Assembly: GCA_000708835.1 (NCBI GenBank)
Contig: DF237335.1
Location: 1 to 64,000 of the forward strand
Source of the DNA: Klebsormidium nitens
Lineage: Eukaryota > Plantae > Klebsormidiophyceae
Direction: 5' to 3'
Length of the DNA stretch: 64,000 nucleotides
Shown: piece after piece, positions 10,501-22,500 of the stretch
How the letters are laid out: each line of letters begins with the position of its first letter
Numbering within the stretch: position 1 is the first letter of the stretch
Position numbers and translations under genes: made by a program
Notes under the pieces: generated by a model
Told to the model about the DNA's origin: nothing
Database searches by the model: none
Seen by the model: the letters and a program-made list of their open reading frames with translations, nothing else

Positions 10501-13500
10501 AGTAAGGGGCTTCTGGATGAAGGTGCACATGTTCTGAGAACATCTCACAGAACGGTGTTGAAATGGGTATGGACTTTTCGCTAGCTTTTCGGATAAGGTG
10601 AGAATGTCAGGGGCGTACAGATACGAACGTGTCCAGAAGACCAGAATTGGACGGTCTCGTATGAGTAGGGCTCCTACAAGCTTACAATTGGTCTGCACCG
10701 TTTCAAAGCTCCTTGAATCAGACTCATGCTCGAAAAGGAGCTACCAGAAAGGTGCTTCTAATAGAAGCAGAATCGTCCAACCACAAACCGTTGAGCCTGT
10801 CAGAAGCACGGGTTTCATTGCTAACGGGGTAGGTTTGGTTTTGAAGAGAGCCTTTCTTTCGCGAATCTTTGCAGGCAGTCTTGCAGGACTAGCATGTCGA
10901 CTTCGGCCTCCACAAGCAAGCAACAACAGAACGCTGAACACGTTAACCAACTGAGAAAGGAGGAGCATCAACCTCTTCTGCTCGACGAGTAGAACCTTCC
11001 AAAGTCCCGCTGTTCGTTGAAACTGAGACCACTGCCAGGAACCAAAATGAAACAAACCCAACAGGTTTCCGCGGTTTCAGCAAGGCTGTTAAATCTTGTG
11101 CCTATGAAAATAAACCACACCTCTCGGTTGTATTGCTCGGTAATTAGCACTTCCCGGATGTCCCGTTGCTCGGCGAGCCCGAGACGGCCGACAGGAATCA
11201 GCCGTTTCAGGAGAAAAAAACCAACCAATTTTTACACTCTCCAAAACTTGTTCAACAGGATGTACTTTCTTGAGCAGAGTCCTGGATTCCATCAGATTAC
11301 TCCTACCGCTCGGTTGTATTGCTCGGTAATGAGCACCTCCCGAATGTCCCGCTGTTTGGCGAGCACCGAGACGGCCGACAGGAACCAGAAACTACGAACC
11401 AGCAATTACGAGACAGACCCAATTACTGTCGACAACTTCCACGACCAAAGATGGTCTTTGCTCGAGGAATCCTTTGGTTCAGCCAGAAAATACCTACCTC
11501 TCGGTTGTACTGCTCGGTGATGAGCACCTCCCGAATGTCCCGTTGCTCGGCGAGCACCGAGACTGCCGACAGGAACCAGCAGTCGCCGAGCAGCCCCTGC
11601 CGCACGTCCTCGGGGCGGGGAATCCCCCGGAAGAGGCACGGCGCGCGGCCACCGTGCCACCGCTCCGAAAGCTCCTCTGGGCGCTTCCATTTCTCCGCCA
11701 CCTGGCAAAAATCCAAAATGTGCACGTTGGTCAGTGTTGACAGAGATTTTCAGGCCCAGCGTGCCAGCGTTTTAGAGCGCTTCCACGTCTTCGCCACCTG
11801 GTAAAGAACGAATTGCGCAGTTTGGTCGGTGTTAACACAGGTTTGCAGGACTTTGCCCCCGTGCCAACCGAGACAGAAACAGAAACAGAAAGAAAGAAGT
11901 GCTCGTTGTCTTCAATGGAGTCAGATCCGGGTATTCGAGGACTTCAATTTGAGGGATCTACTGTGACAGGCCCTGCTTGGCAAGCTGCGGAAGCGGCTCG
12001 GAGGTTTAATTGACGGTTATCCAAACAAGAAACGCCAAGGGCCTTTCTCATAGGAAAAGGAAGGGGTGGCCAGAAAAGAAGAACCGGATGGATGAAACTT
12101 GTCCAAGACCAGAACACGCTAAGAGCCTTCTTACGGAGTAGAAAGGGTTGGGAAAGAACAACCAAAAAGTGCAGATGAAGCAAAGCAAAGGGTGGAAAGA
12201 AGCACGTCACACAGTCCGGACCAAAACCAAACCGCTGAAAACAACTAGAACGTTTACCGAGCCGAGCCTGGTTGGGATTGATGAAGAAGGGACGATTCAA
12301 GAGCGTCCAATCAGTATGAAGACGGGCGCCAAGCAGACAGTGGAAAACGACACATCACAGAAGCGAAACGCTGGACAGACCATGAGAAGTTAAATCTACC
12401 TGCTGGGCTCGCACGTACTGGGCTGGTTGGCATCGATGAAAATGGAATCAAGGTCATTGAGGAGCATTTCAAAAGCATAAAATCTGACAGAAAGCAGACA
12501 GTGCGGATAAGCTCATCAAAACCCGGGCGACGGACCAATCTTAAAGTTTTCTTTCGGACGTACCTGCTTTGCTAGACGCGGGTTCGGCTGGTTGGGATCG
12601 ATGAAGATGGAACGAGGGCTGCTGGGGAATTCGAAGTCGTGATAGCACTGGTTCGGGCTGATGCGCTTGAGGTCGTTCCGAATGTTGTTCTCGTATGCGC
12701 GCATCTTGGCGTTGATGTCTGTGACCGATTCCTCTTCGAACTGCGAATAGGAGCCAACGACCGACACGTTAGGCTCAGGATGAGCAGATTCCGGATACTT
12801 CGATACCGGTTTCGGAAGGAAATCTTCATCTTCGGATGCCATAGTCTTGTTCTCGGTCGGAAGAAGCGTCGACGATTCATGTCAGCAACCAACTCCTCGA
12901 ACTGCGGAAGCAAAGGAGGACTGACACAATAGGCTATACGCACCCGACCTGAGACAAGCCACGCCGTTTTGAGACCCAACTCGGATGCCGGTTCCGGAAG
13001 GTAAAACCACCCTTAAAAGCCACAGATCCAGGGTCTTGGACGGAAGAAACGTTGACGATTGGTCATAGGCGGGTGCTAGTACTGAGCACGGTCACGATCA
13101 CACTGGATGTGCATTTAATGAAGGTTTGAAACACACCGTTTATTGCGTGGAAGAGGACTGCAATTGATGGCCATCACAAGCGGCTCACACCAAGATTCCC
13201 ATTGCTGGATCTTCGTAACCGAGGCAAGGGAAAGGAGGCATGCGCAGAGAAGAGAAAGCGACCACCACTGGTGGGCCGCCATGATCGCACAAAGTTTTGT
13301 GCGAGACGGGACAGAAAACTTGCTACGAAAGTGGGCCGATCTAGTTCCAAACCGAGTAGAACCGGAGCGGCATGAATGGACAAGTCAACTTCTTGTGGGC
13401 AGCTTTCCTCGCACAACATTCTCGTCCACGGTCATCAAAAGCGGCAGCAAAAAATTCGCTGGTCCGAAACGAGATATCAAACTTTACAGCACGAAAGACG

Positions 13501-16500
13501 AAGCACGATAGAGGGAGGTGTCTCGCATAATTGTCTCGTTTAAGCTGGTCGAAGGCAGGCAAGCAACATCCGATTGAAAAATGGTACTTCAGAAGTGACT
13601 AAGCAAACCAGACAAGCACATGAAGGCAGCAAATCAGAGGACGCTTCTCAAGCTCACCGTTATTCGATACGGGTACGAAAGCAGCAAAACAAGAGGGCGT
13701 TTCCGAAAGCTCACCGTGGGCAGTTTCCTCCGCACAAAGTCCCCATCCATGCTGGTCCACGGTTTTCGCCGCTTGAGCGGCCGCGCGTCGCTGTCCCCCC
13801 GCGAGTAGTCCCCCCGCCGCAGCGGCCCCGACTGGCTGTAGCGCGACGGCGTCGCGGTGCCGTGCCCGTCGCTTATGCTGCGCGGGCCCATGCCGTAGAT
13901 CCTGCAAGCGGATGATGTCCACATGACGTCAGCAAAGGAAGTGCAGGAGAGGAAGGGAGCAGACGTCCGAGCCCGTTGTGCCCGTCGCATGACGTCAGCG
14001 CAGCTGTGCGGGAGTGGCCAAAAAAGAAAGAAGGGGAAAAGGTGGAAAGACGATCAGTGAAGACGAATGCGCTGTGCTGTCTTTCTACTGCTTGGGCCAT
14101 GCTGTGGATCCTGCGAGAGTATGACGTTCGTATGACGTCAGCAGAGGCTGTGTCGGGGCAAGCGAGGTCGGAAAGGAAAGGAGAAAACAGAGAAAGAGGA
14201 AATAGAAGCGTCGATTCGTCTGTGTAGACCGGCGACCCATGTTGCGGATCCTGCGGGGACGACGTCAGCATGGCCTCACACGACGAGAAAGTAGACACGT
14301 AGTTGAGGGAACAGAGAGACGCACAGAGCAATGCCGCAAGGCTGGGGAACATGATATCTGGCGGTCAAAGTTTCAAGCCTTAGGATCCTCAATTTCACTT
14401 GCATCTCCTCCTCCCACAAAAAGCTGTTCAGGATGAAAGACGATCCCTCGAAGTTGCACCCACCCAGAGCTGCCTCCCCTCGCATCCAGCATCGCCTCAT
14501 GCATGGGCACCACCGGGGGCGCTGGCTGCGTCATGCTGTCGTCACCCTCGCCGATGTCGTCATCCGGCGGGCCGTCGACGACCTGGTATCCGTCGACGAC
14601 CGTGCTCTTGTGTACGAACCAGGCTTCGCGCACGTTGAGTGCGTGGTCGAATAAGAAGACGTCCATGATCTCTAAGTTGGCGCGGGGGGTCCAGTGGTAC
14701 TGGTTCGCATCTGCAAGCATTCACGTTTTAGCGTCTTGGAGTCTTGTGTTTTTGAGGATTTTGAAGGGAGCGGGCTCGCTTTAGCTAAGATCGTGGTTTG
14801 AACCTCACAAGAGAAAACGTCTATGATCTCTAAGTTGGCACGGAGGGTCCAGTGGTACTGGTTCGCATCTGGGAGTTACAAATTGAAGGGTTCTGGTTTG
14901 TGAATTTTCAACACGACCGGCTTGAGTTCGAACAATGGTTCTTTGGAAACCATTCATGACCAGAATGAACGTGCATGATCTCTAAGTTGGCGCTGGGGGT
15001 CCAGTGGTACTGGTTCGCATCTGAGAGGTACAAATTGAGGGGTTCAGGTTTGTGATTTTTGAACACGACCGAGTTGAGTTCAAACAATGGTTCTTTGGAA
15101 GCCATTCATGACCAGAATGAACGTCCGTGATCTCTGAGTTGGCTCGAGGGGTCCAGTGGTACTGGTTAGCATCTGCAAGAATTCACGTTTGAGGGTCTTA
15201 GGTTTGTGATTTCGGGGGGCTTTGAATCAAGCGGGCTCGGTATAGCTAAGATCGTGATTTGAAGGTCATATACCTCACAAAAGAAACGCCCACGATTTCC
15301 AGATCAGAGCGGGAGGTCCGGGCTGCATATAAAGCGGGCACAGTTCTTGATGAAGGGAATCGTGTGGTGCGAAGTAGGCTAATAATTGAGGAGGGATCCA
15401 TGCGGTGCCTCCTCAGTTAACAGCCTACTCCGCACGGCATGATTCCCCTTCGCCGACGACTTTGGGTTCAGGGTTACCAGATCACATTCAAGTTCAAAAG
15501 AGAGGCCGCCTTTAACAGTGCATTCGAAGTCTGACTCTCTTTTTTCATGCTGTTCTGGACAGGTTTGCCGTATTTTGCAAAGACGAACCGAAGCACGACC
15601 ACTGACGCAGACGCTTGATGATCGACGTGGAGGTCTCAAAAAGGAATCGACAAGATAAACTCAGAAGCTCTGAAAGTTCAATGTTTCACCAGGGTGACAC
15701 CATTATCTGCACCCGTTGCCCCATGTGTTCTCTCCAATCAAGGAAAACCCAGGCGTGAGAGATGCAGTTTTGGAACCCATCTGATGGAAACGGACGCCTC
15801 AACATAGCTCTTCGCAAAACAACCAACAGGTTAAGGCGCCAAAGACAAAAGATCATTTCTTGATACTCAAAATCGGACGCCTCAGACACACACATGGACA
15901 CGTGACACTAGACTTGACGATCACAAGAACACCTTTGTTTGAACACCTGACAATCATATCCGGACGCTTCACAACAAGTTCGGACACCCAACAATCACAT
16001 TCAGACGCTTCACAACAAGTTCGGACACCCAACAATCACATTCGGACGCTAAAAAAACGGGTTCGGACACCTGACGATCGGATTTGGACACCAAAAAACC
16101 CAATTCGGCCACCTCTGGACAAAATTTAAACGCCTCACCGAGCGGGCACGCTTGCCCGATCCATATCTCGTCCGTTGTCTTCCACACCCCGCTAGGCCCG
16201 TCCGGAAAGAATATTCCCCGGCGCCACGTGTCTTCTTCGCCGTCGACGTACACGGACGCCGAACCCGCGACGGCGTCGAGCACGAGCGCGACGCAGTGCC
16301 AATTTGTGTCCTCAATACCGACCGCGCCGTCGCCTTCGAAGATGAATTCCTGCGAAAAGCAGCGGGGCTTTTGAAAAGAAAGACGAAGATGAATCCTGCA
16401 GAGAGTAGCGGCACCTTCGAAAAGCAGCGGGGTTTTGAGAAAGACAGACACAGATGAACTCCCGTAGAGATAACCGACGCTTTGGGAAAGGAAGTACGGA

Positions 16501-19500
16501 GATGAATTTCCTGCAAAAAGCAGCGGGGCTTTGAGAAAGACAGGCAAAGATGGATTCCTTTAGAGAGAAGCGACGCTTTGGGAAAGCAAGGCAAGAAAAA
16601 TTCCTGCGATAAGCAAGTTGAGAGTTCGAGGACCTCGAGAATGGGGTTGTAAAATAAAACAGCCGGTCGGGTTGTATCCAAGCAATGCTATGCCGCATTT
16701 TTTTGATCGGTTCTTGAAGACAACTCCTTGCAAACGAATTAGCTTGATCTTTTCAAGGCTTTGCAGTGCATATGCAAGTGCGAGTCAACAAGAAGGATTG
16801 CTCGTGTTCAAGGTTAGCCTCATCCCAAGAATTCAATTGCCATCTTTCAAAACGGGAGATAAAAAGCACACGGAGTCGCAATCAAAACCCAGCTCCTCGC
16901 TCCATCCGACCCACCCTCAATAAAAGATACCGTCAACCCAAGACTGCAGAGAGGAGGAACAAGAAAAGAACAGAAAAACCCAGTGACGCCTCTTTGCTCT
17001 CAGAGAAACACACGACACATCAGCCAAAATCGCTGTGATGGGATTCGAACCAGTCCCACCGCCACCCCCCACCCAAAGAAAAAGCGGGGTTCACACCTGA
17101 GGGGGAACGTCCTTCCCGTCCCGTCGCTCCGACACAACTCTTAGCCCGAGCATCGCACGTGCCCCCCCGCGCCCCCCCCTCCCGACCAGTATCAACTCCA
17201 AACAGTGGCCCACCCCCCGCCGCTGACCGGACGTCCCGAGAACAACTGCGCGCTCGTCGGGCGCCAGAGACGTGATGCGGACCGCCGCGGACAAGCTTAC
17301 GGTGACGAGATCCGCGATGGGGGGTGGAATGTCGCCCGCGTAGCGCCCCCCAAAGGCGGGCTCTGAGTGCTCAATGCACACGCACCCGGGGACTTTCGTC
17401 TGGGGGAGCGGAAAGGGAGGTTAGGTTCAAGTGGTACGTGTGATTAGTATGTCTGCTTATGTTATGTTTGTGTGTTGTGTTTGTTGTGTGTACTGTGTGC
17501 GATCTTGCGCCTTGCCTGAAGGCGAACACCTCATCTGAGGAGATCTCCTTGAAAGTCGACGAGATATGGCTGTGATCCGATCGGTGGGCTTTGAAAAGCA
17601 GACAAGAAAAGGTACGTTTTTAAAGACTGTTTACTAATAAATCAAGAACGTCTAGGGTAAGGTCCAGAAGGCGTTGAATTGGCTGGCGGCGCAGAAGGGA
17701 CAGCAACAATGTTTGAGACCGGATAGCAACCGGGCAGGACTTTCAAAAAGGTCCCCCCTGCTTGCCTTCAAATTTTCATGCCTTACACCGCGTTAAGATG
17801 GTCTCCGGATTCTTCAGTACGTTGTGGATTGAGAAGCAATGCAATCGCGGACTGGGCGACTTCAGGCGGAGGCCAAGGTTTCCGAATTCTTCTTATTGGC
17901 TCACCAGCCAAGCCAACCAGCCCTTTGGAGCTACCCTATGCCGGCCTTGAGAAAGCAGGAGATTGAGGTGAATCACCAGAGGCTTGATAGGATCTTCAAA
18001 ACAGCTTGGAAATCACTAATTTGATTTTCCTATTTTTTTTCCTTCTTTTTTTTGGAAGTCACTCTTTTAATGACTCATATCTGGACTTGAGTACATTCAA
18101 AAAGAATGATTCAAAAACTGTGAATGCTCACCATCCGGGCGCGCTCGAGCCTCCGGGTCTCGGCCTCCGCCGACATCTCGCGGCGCTTCTCGTGCCGCTT
18201 CTGCTTGCCACGCGCCTCCTCCTCCCGTTTCCGCGCGATGCGCTCCTCCTTGCGCTGCTGCCAATCGAAGAATCTGCACGGCGAGGAGCAAGGGATTCCG
18301 CACTCAGCTTCCGAACAATGATTCTGGGTGCTGTGTCGGGCTTTGAAGTCAGCACAAGTACAGGTGCGATGAGTGGCGTCTTGCTTCAAGCCATCAGAAG
18401 GCACCCTCTCGGTCAAAGCGTTCTGCGTTGTTCTCATGGCAGCTGAAAAGTACGGTTTGAAATGGGGGCTCGATGCTAGACCTGGCAGCTTTGCAAAATC
18501 TGATTTGGAGGAATTGGAGGAGACAACTGCTCCGCTCACATTCCTTCAAGCTGCTTTCCCATTCAGCTTCGCAACATTAAAAAGCAAGGAACTCTTGGAA
18601 TCGTAGACCCTCACGAAGTAACAAAACTGCCGGCACAAGTCTCAGCAGACAAACTCGTGCCTCACTCACTCTCGCTCATAACTCCATCAGCTTGGCTCTC
18701 TCCGCTAATTCCAGAATTACATGTCTTCAAAGGAACCTCAACACAAGAAGAGAGGAACTTCTGGATGCACGGATCCAAAACGGAACAGCAAAAACGACTA
18801 ACGGCAGAAGTCAAATAAGCAACCGCAGGAGACTTCAATTGCGTTTGAGCAAGCAGGCAGAAGCAAGAAATCAAACCACAACGAATTACCGTGTTTGCTA
18901 GAACCAAACCCTGTTAATCACCCGCAGCAAACTCACTCTCGCTCCCGCTATAGCAGCTTGGCCCTCTTCGCCCCATCCTATTTCTCTAATCGTCGGATGC
19001 AAGAAATGAAAAAGGATAACTGAGATCCACAGTCTCGATCAGAGCATTAGGGTTGCACTTAGAAAGACCCAAAGAAAAGCATAAAGGTCGCACTTAAGAG
19101 AAACTCGGAAAAGATCAGAAAAGGTACGCGCCCACTCACTCTCGCTCGAGTTCCAGCAGCTTGGCCCTCTCCCGCCCGCCCCGCGACCACTTGCGCATCT
19201 GCTCCAGCGAGAAGTCGCACTTGTGCTGGTCGCGCAGATGGTCCTGAAACAGCCGCAATCGCACGTCGTCTTGCTTCTTCTCGCGCTCCGCAAACAGTCC
19301 GATCGTGAGCAGAAGGTACCCCCCGAAGGACCCCCACATTGTGAGCCACTCGTCATCAATTGCTCGCTCGAGGCGCAGGATCTCCTTGTGCGCGTGCATG
19401 CGCGTCGAGCGGGGGAGGGTGATGTCATCGCCGTCAGTCAGCCTGCACGGGGGGAGTGGCTTGCGTGGGTCCTTGAGAAGTCGGTTTAAAAACGACATAT

Positions 19501-22500
19501 GTTTCGGCGAAAAGGTGTTGGGTGGCCCGACCCTGTTTCATATTTAGAAACAGTGACGTCATAGGAGTCGTTCAGCTGGCGAGAGGAGGTCAGCCTGCGT
19601 CAGATGCCGGCTGTAGAAGAGCAGAGTTGGGTTCCCGCTCGCACCGAGTACTAACCGTCATTAATCAACTTCCAAGCTCGAAGCGTCTGCAAATCTGTCA
19701 ATCCAGACCCCATGCGAAACGGTAAGCACAGATTCTCGAAGCTAACCCCACTCCCACATACCCTGAAAGATTGGTGTTTGGCCCTCAATCTTGCCCGCGA
19801 AACTTACAACTGAACTTGGCCACCATGTTGTCTGACCCCAATCACCAAGCCATAAGCTCTCAGGTTTGAGATCCCAACGCCCCATACTAATAGGAGCTCA
19901 TACACTTAAAAAACAGCCGCCTTGAACGCACCTGTGATGTTCTAAGCTCAGATCCACCTCCGCCTTGTCGATCCCAGACCCGCGCCGCGAAAGGGGACCC
20001 CCTCCGGCGGACCGCCCGAGCCGGAACGACCGCCGCAGCCACGGCCCCGCCGCTAGTTCTTGCTTCCGCAGCTGCTTTCTCAGCCACTTGATATCGCCCT
20101 CCGGAAGGGGATCCCTCTGCGCGCCCCGGCTGGCGCCTGTCTTCTGGATCTTCTCGGTGGCCTTGGTGATCGCGAGCTTGATGTCTTCTTCGCTAAGGTA
20201 CATGAGGGCAGTCTCCATCATCTGCAAACGATCGCCCAATAGCAATAAGGAAATCCAGAAAAACAGCTCGTAATGTAGGTGTCAGAGGTTCACGGTGTCT
20301 AATATATCGAGGAATTTCCCAATTCCAGGGTTTTTAGAGTCGACTAGAGAGGAAATCAGCAGAAATACGACGTCTTTTTCTTTTGAGTTGGGTTGATTGA
20401 GGCACCCTCCATCTTTTGCAGCGAGACTTATCAGGCTTCCATCCGCTTCACCGCGCTGCAGGTCAGGGGGTACTGGTCTTTCAGCCCTCTTTGCGATGCT
20501 TCGCTTCTCTTCTCTTATCACAAGAGAGGCCTCTTAGAGTTCTCTATTTACAGCTCACACAGATGTTGGTGCTGAGACGAATCTGTCCACTTCGTTCCAG
20601 GAAGATTGCGGACATCTAGATAACACGATCAGAGGGTCTCCAGGTCATTGCTACCTACATTATACCACTTGAAACGGCAGCACGGACGTTAGTTTGCAGA
20701 CTGCTCAGTTGCAGTCTTCGTCTCTCGACATTTCTCACGAAGTCTGCAAACTCTAACAACACGAACCACCTGCCGACGGAGAGACCCAATCGACGCTCAC
20801 CTTGACTGTGATTCGGGGCCTCGACGCCGCAAACGCGTACGCAATCACCAGCGTCAGCGAGCAGACCGCCGATCCCGCGTACGGGGGGGTGATCCACACA
20901 CTCGCGAGGACCCCCCACGTCGCGGTGCTGATCGCGACGAGGTACAAAACCAAGAACGCCATGCTCCGATCTCCCGCCGTGTCTAGTTCGGGGTCGAATG
21001 TGAATATGGGGAGCACTCGGGGCGAGTAGACGATGGCGGAGGGAGCAAGGAGGCGGGAAAGGGCCCAGCCGGCGAAGAGGATGAGGAGGGAGAAGTAGCC
21101 GACCGAGGCGCCGACCAGGGGGTACTCTGCACGAGAAAACGAGGAGGATATAAAAGCTGTGCAAAGAGCTGGTTTCATGTAGGTTATCAAAAAACGATCT
21201 AAAGCGGGCGCACTCAGATACTCACTCGACTCCCAATCGATTCCAAACCGATTGAGTAGTTGTAATGACAAGTTTGTTCAGCATTTCAAAATCTTGTCTC
21301 TCATCAGCCGGACCCAACGAAAGCGTCGCAAAGAGGACTTTACGGAGCGAGCGCCGTTACAGGAAACTCATTCGACCTCCAGCCGACCCCAACCGCAAGT
21401 CCCGCAATGAAGCTAGATCGAGCACAGGTTCGGAAACTTGCTTGACTTTCAGCCGACCCCCAACGAACGCGTCTTTAAGGCACATCACAGGGCGAGCGCC
21501 TTTACAGGAATCTTACTCGACTTCCAACCGATCCCGAACCACGCAGCGAATGACTGAAAATTCAAGCGCAGGTTCGGGAACTTACTTGACTTCCAGCCGA
21601 CCCCGAACGAAAGTGTCGCCAGTACGAGAGCGGCCGCGATGCCGGAGCACAGCTCCCACCGGCCCAACCGGAACTTGTTGCCCACCCAACGGTACGCCAT
21701 CGTGATGGCAATCACCACGAGCATCAAGAACAGCAGCATCGCAACGCCGATCTGGCGGGAGGGAAAGTTACAATGGTTAGTACACAAGAGCACCAGTGCT
21801 TGTGTTGATGACGTGACGTTCAGGTTTCTCCATCGAGGTTTGAATCACGAAGAAAGGAGGAAATCAAGCTTATTACCCAACCATTGGTATGCCATCGTTA
21901 CGACAATCACCACGAGCATCAGGAACAGCAGCATCACAACGCCAATCTAAAGACAAAGACAGCTTTAGTATTCAGCACATGAGAGGATAGCAGTGTTGCT
22001 TGAAAATTTAAGGTTCGAGTAACGGAGAACAAACGAAGAGATTGTGTTGCCATCGTGATCCCAGTCACAACGAGCATTAAGAACAGCAGCATCGTAACGC
22101 CGATCTGGAAAAACAGGGTAGCTACAATGAGCAGTGCACGAGTGCATCAGTGGCGAAATTGAAAATTCGAGTGAAGAAACAGTCTGTGCAGTACGGATCC
22201 AGACCTCAGTGGCTCACAAACGACTCAACGAACATTCCAAAAAGCCAGATTACAAACCTAAGCCGACAGAACTGCGACCTTGAAACCCTAAAATCCCAAT
22301 TCTAAAGTCCCCAACTTCCTCACCAGCCACAGCTTGATCGTCACGATGATGGCGATCGCCGACGCGAGGAGCAGAAGCACCCCGGACGCGACAAGGTATA
22401 TGACCACTTTCGAGAGCCGCCACGAATCGTCCCGCCACTTGAAGAGCCCGACGCCCAGGCACAGGACCGCCGGGATGCACGTGACGGGAAGGATCGCAAT

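Noticed and set aside
12572-12979. Upstream acceptor at 12901 and ORF 12516-12842 as part of DEK1 exon 17
   Set aside because: The 12901 site is an echo 161 nt upstream and out of phase; the 12740 acceptor gives the correct phase and DEK1-like sequence.
14815-16615. Regularly spaced repeats resembling a CRISPR array
   Set aside because: Eukaryotic intron context, units are diverged copies of adjacent splice junctions, and there are no unique spacers or cas genes.
17035-17065. GGTTCGAATCCC B-box on the minus strand in DEK1 intron 13
   Set aside because: No A-box or cloverleaf nearby.
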